NCBI GenBank assembly: GCA_040218735.1
Contig: JAVJQW010000033.1
Location: forward strand, 96,001 to 160,000
Direction of reading: 5' to 3'
From: Deltaproteobacteria bacterium
Lineage (GTDB): Bacteria; Myxococcota; Kuafuiibacteriia; Kuafuiibacteriales; Kuafuiibacteriaceae
DNA length: 64,000 nt
Shown here: positions 60,776 to 64,000 of the stretch, piece by piece
Layout of the letters: each line of letters starts with the position of its first letter
Position numbering within the stretch: position 1 is the first letter of the stretch
Position numbers and translations under genes: made by a program
The notes under the pieces: generated by a model
What the model saw: only the letters and a program-made list of their open reading frames with translations
Database searches by the model: none
Told to the model about the DNA's origin: nothing

Positions 60776-62677
60776 GTGTGGCTGGGCATCTTCTTCATCG
60801 GCCTCATCGCCGTCGTCATCTTTGCGCTGCGCGACTCCATCTGGTGGACGATGGCGGCCTGCTACGTCTACTTTGCGATCCCGATCGTGGAGTTCAAGGC
60901 GCCCGGCGCGCCGTACCAGGCCGGCTTCTTCGGGCTGGGGATGCTGTTTGCGTTCCTCTACTACTGGAAGTTTCCGAAGTGGTCCGAGGAGGAGATCTAC
61001 GACGTCGGCTTGAAGGTCGCGCGTGAGGCGATCGAGAAGACCCGCGAACCCGCGGGCGAGGCGATGGTCACCGCCGTCCTCCAGGACCGGATGCCCGGCG
61101 AGATCCGCGGCGCGATGTCGGAGGCGAGCGAGCCGAAGGCGGTCGAGCACGTCGATGCGCATTGCCCGCAGCCGATCGCCGTCGTCGTCCGGCGCGCGGT
61201 GCAGAGCACGCTGAACCAGGCGATCTTCGACGCGGAGGCGGAGGTCGTGAAGATCCTCGACCGCGTCGACGTCCGCACGAAGGGCAACCTGCGCGTCATC
61301 CTCGAGCAGCGCGCGCTGCCGGTGCTGAACGAGGGGCTCGACAAGAAGCTCGACGATCAGGTGCGCGAGAACATTCGCGAGCTGTTGGAGATCGACAAGA
61401 AGGAGAATCCGGACCGGCCGACGAGCCTCGGTCCGCTCGACTTCCCGATCCCCCGCGGCGCGATTGGCGGCGTGCTCGTCAACATCGGCATCTGGGCGCA
61501 CGTCGCGTTCACGCTGATGACGTACGTGTTCGGCAAGAACGCGCTCTACGACAAGCAGCTCGCGCTCTCGAAGGTCGCGACGTGCATCCTGCTGTTCATC
61601 CCGCTGATCGGCATCGTCACCGCGGTGCGGACGGTGCGGCACTTCTGGATGGTGGCGCTCGCGTGGATGTTCGGCACTTGGCACATCTGCATGAACGGCG
61701 TGTCGTGGTGGTTGCAGTACGGCGGCCGCGCGGACAACGCGGGCGGGCAGGGCGGTGAGTCGAACTTCCTGGCCGGGATCATCTGCATGGTGGCGCCGAT
61801 CGCGTTCGGGCTGGCGTTGAACGCGAAGGAGAAGTGGCACCGCATCCTGGCGCTCGGTGTAGCCGGGATGTACGCGCTCGGCGTGCTGGCGTCCGGCTCG
61901 CGCGCCGGGCTCCTCGCGCTGGTCGGGGGCATGGGTTACTGGATGATGGAGACCAACCGTCGGTTCCTCGCGGTGGGGCTCATCATGTTCGCGGCGATGG
62001 GTTTCGGTATCGCGGCGCCCAAGTCGTTCTGGAAGAAGATGGCGACGATCGTCGAGCCGTCGGGCGCCAACCCATGGGTTCGGCACATGGTCGAGCCCTC
62101 CAAACACGAGCGCCAGGTGCTGTGGGCGCTCGGGCTGAAGATCTGGAAGGAGCATCCGATCACGGGCATCGGCCCGCTCAACTACGTCCGAGTCTCCGCG
62201 GAGGAGACGGACTTCACCGACGCGTACAAGGGGCAGCGCGGTCTGCAGGCGCACAATACCTGGGTTCAGCTGCTCTCCGAGTATGGGTTGGCGGGGGCGT
62301 TCGTCTGGGGCGGAATGTATTTCTTCTCCATCTTTTGTTACCGGCGGGCGAGAAAGAAGATGGCCCCCTACCAAGGGTATGAATGGTTCGGGGCGTTATG
62401 CCTCGGCTTCGAGGCCGGGGCGCTCGCGCACGCCGTCACGCTCGTCTTCAATTCGTTCCAGTGGTACGACTACATCTACTGGCACTTCGTTTTCGGGCCG
62501 GTCGCTCTCGAGGTGGCCACCCACACCGTCGCGAAGCTCGAGTGGCTCAAGCCGGGTGACTTCGTCGAGGCGCGTCCGCCGCCACGCTACGGCCCTCCGA
62601 AGTCCGACGGCCTGGACCTCGACCGCATCGACCTCATCGAGGTCTCCCCGCTCGAAGCCGGCTCCCGTACGGGTTGA
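60776..62677 (+). CDS. O-antigen ligase / Wzy-like polysaccharide polymerase
   Basis: Multiple TM helices, SGSRAGLLAL, HPITGIGPLNY and AHNTWVQLLSEYGLAG. Confidence 0.88.
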   Translation: MWLGIFFIGLIAVVIFALRDSIWWTMAACYVYFAIPIVEFKAPGAPYQAGFFGLGMLFAFLYYWKFPKWSEEEIYDVGLKVAREAIEKTREPAGEAMVTAVLQDRMPGEIRGAMSEASEPKAVEHVDAHCPQPIAVVVRRAVQSTLNQAIFDAEAEVVKILDRVDVRTKGNLRVILEQRALPVLNEGLDKKLDDQVRENIRELLEIDKKENPDRPTSLGPLDFPIPRGAIGGVLVNIGIWAHVAFTLMTYVFGKNALYDKQLALSKVATCILLFIPLIGIVTAVRTVRHFWMVALAWMFGTWHICMNGVSWWLQYGGRADNAGGQGGESNFLAGIICMVAPIAFGLALNAKEKWHRILALGVAGMYALGVLASGSRAGLLALVGGMGYWMMETNRRFLAVGLIMFAAMGFGIAAPKSFWKKMATIVEPSGANPWVRHMVEPSKHERQVLWALGLKIWKEHPITGIGPLNYVRVSAEETDFTDAYKGQRGLQAHNTWVQLLSEYGLAGAFVWGGMYFFSIFCYRRARKKMAPYQGYEWFGALCLGFEAGALAHAVTLVFNSFQWYDYIYWHFVFGPVALEVATHTVAKLEWLKPGDFVEARPPPRYGPPKSDGLDLDRIDLIEVSPLEAGSRTG

Positions 62678-62695
62678 GACCGAGAAGTTCGGCTG

Positions 62696-64000
62696 ATGCT
62701 CAAGAAACTCGCAGGCTACACGGCCTACATGTTCGTCGCGACGAGCGCGATCCGTTTGATCACGTTCGCGGTGAGTATGTTGGGCGCGAAGATTCGCACG
62801 AAGGAAGACTTCGGTGACTACGGGACGTACGTCCTCCTCTATGGGTTGATCCTCAGCGCGACGACGATGGGTCTGAATCAGACGATTCAGAAATATTCGG
62901 CCGACGACGAGGAGAACCGCCGCAAGTTCACGGTGCTCCTCTACCGTGGGTTTGTGATTTTGCTCGTGCTGGGGAGCGCGGCGGCGATCCCGGTGGGGAT
63001 GTTCTGGAAGTGGTCGATGTCGCTCGCCCTGGTCGGGGCGCCGTGGGTCGTGATGTCGACGCTGGGGCGATTCATCGTGCGCACGAAGCTCGACGCGAAG
63101 ATCGAGTCCAAGCTCGTGATCGTGGGGAGCCTGACCAACTCCGGGTTCATCTTCGCGTTCCTGGTCTTCTCCGACTACAAGGACGCGCTGATCTACGGTG
63201 ACTTCGCGGCGCTGGTGGTCACGGGGCTCGTGACGATGTTCGTGCTACCGAGGATCACCGAGCTGAAAGCGGCGGCGATCTTCACGATGAAGATCCCGGG
63301 CAAGTTCCTGCGCGAGTGTGCTCGCTTCACGGCGCCGGTGTGGGGGGCGGGTGCCGTCGGAACGGGCGGTCACTACGCGACGGGCGGTTACACCCGCGCG
63401 GCGCTCGGCACCGGGCCGATGGGCGTGTTCAACCTCGCGGAGCAGCTCTGGCAGTTTGCGTTCGTGCCGATGGACCTCGTGGGTCAGGCGGCGCTGCCCG
63501 GGCTCGTGAAGGAGAAGGAGGACCGCCCGCGTCTGTTCCGCGAGCTGGTTCGCCTGTGCCTGATCGCGTTCCCGTTCATCGCGATCTGCGTGGCGGGCGG
63601 GATGCCTTTGCTCCTGCAGGTGCTCGACCTCGACGAGAAGTGGTTCGAGGTCCCGAACGTGTTGCTCATGCTGGTGATGAGTGTGCCGCTGCGCTCGTTC
63701 CAGATCGTCGCGAACCACTACACGATTGCGGAGGGCCACTCGCGGCTCGCGTTCTACACGGCGGTGGTCTACCTCGTCGCGGTCGCGATCTTCTTGTACC
63801 CACTCACCGAGATGTACGGCCTTTACGGCGTCGTCGCGGCGGACATCTTGGCGTCGGGCTACAACTCCGTCTCCTTCGCTGTGTTCATGTGGCGGGGCTA
63901 CAAGAACGACATGAAGACCGGGATGATCTGGTCCTTCGCCTCGCTCGCGGTGTGCTTCGTGTCGGTGCTCCCGCTGTACATCTACAAGGACTGGACCTGG
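62696..64000 (+). CDS. Wzx-like oligosaccharide flippase (partial, runs off the right edge)
   Basis: Manual translation MLKKLAGYTAYMFVATSAIRLITFAVSMLGAKIRTKEDFGDY... shows many TM helices and a later ALGTGPMGVFNLA. It is absent from the ORF track because there is no stop in the window. Confidence 0.8.
   Translation, partial: MLKKLAGYTAYMFVATSAIRLITFAVSMLGAKIRTKEDFGDYGTYVLLYGLILSATTMGLNQTIQKYSADDEENRRKFTVLLYRGFVILLVLGSAAAIPVGMFWKWSMSLALVGAPWVVMSTLGRFIVRTKLDAKIESKLVIVGSLTNSGFIFAFLVFSDYKDALIYGDFAALVVTGLVTMFVLPRITELKAAAIFTMKIPGKFLRECARFTAPVWGAGAVGTGGHYATGGYTRAALGTGPMGVFNLAEQLWQFAFVPMDLVGQAALPGLVKEKEDRPRLFRELVRLCLIAFPFIAICVAGGMPLLLQVLDLDEKWFEVPNVLLMLVMSVPLRSFQIVANHYTIAEGHSRLAFYTAVVYLVAVAIFLYPLTEMYGLYGVVAADILASGYNSVSFAVFMWRGYKNDMKTGMIWSFASLAVCFVSVLPLYIYKDWTW

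Overview
High-GC bacterial chromosomal window, most consistent with a myxobacterium (Myxococcota). This rests on three Hanks-type Ser/Thr kinases, many Cys-rich lipoproteins, a MYXO-CTERM-like tail, a TraB-like OmpA protein and an ECF sigma/anti-sigma/caspase operon. About 46 CDS are supportable. Housekeeping-type genes are rng, etfBA, a parA/soj, a nitrilase-family hydrolase, a WecB/TagA glycosyltransferase and, at the right end, an O-antigen ligase/polymerase plus a flippase. No rRNA, tRNA, CRISPR array or transposase was seen. The most notable observations are: (1) a module present twice, made of a membrane Ser/Thr kinase (GxGAT and DLG motifs) divergently paired with a Cys-rich beta-helix lipoprotein; (2) a TraB-like OmpA protein translationally coupled to a 1633-aa, ten-repeat acidic adhesin with a MYXO-CTERM-like tail, followed by a lipoprotein sharing a CxDPNGCDP motif; (3) an ECF sigma / anti-sigma / exported caspase-barrel / beta-propeller operon; (4) a Ser-Asp repeat region whose two DNA blocks are approximate reverse complements; and (5) a ~180-bp MITE-like palindrome. 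All family assignments come from reading motifs by eye, with no database searches, and several start codons are estimates.
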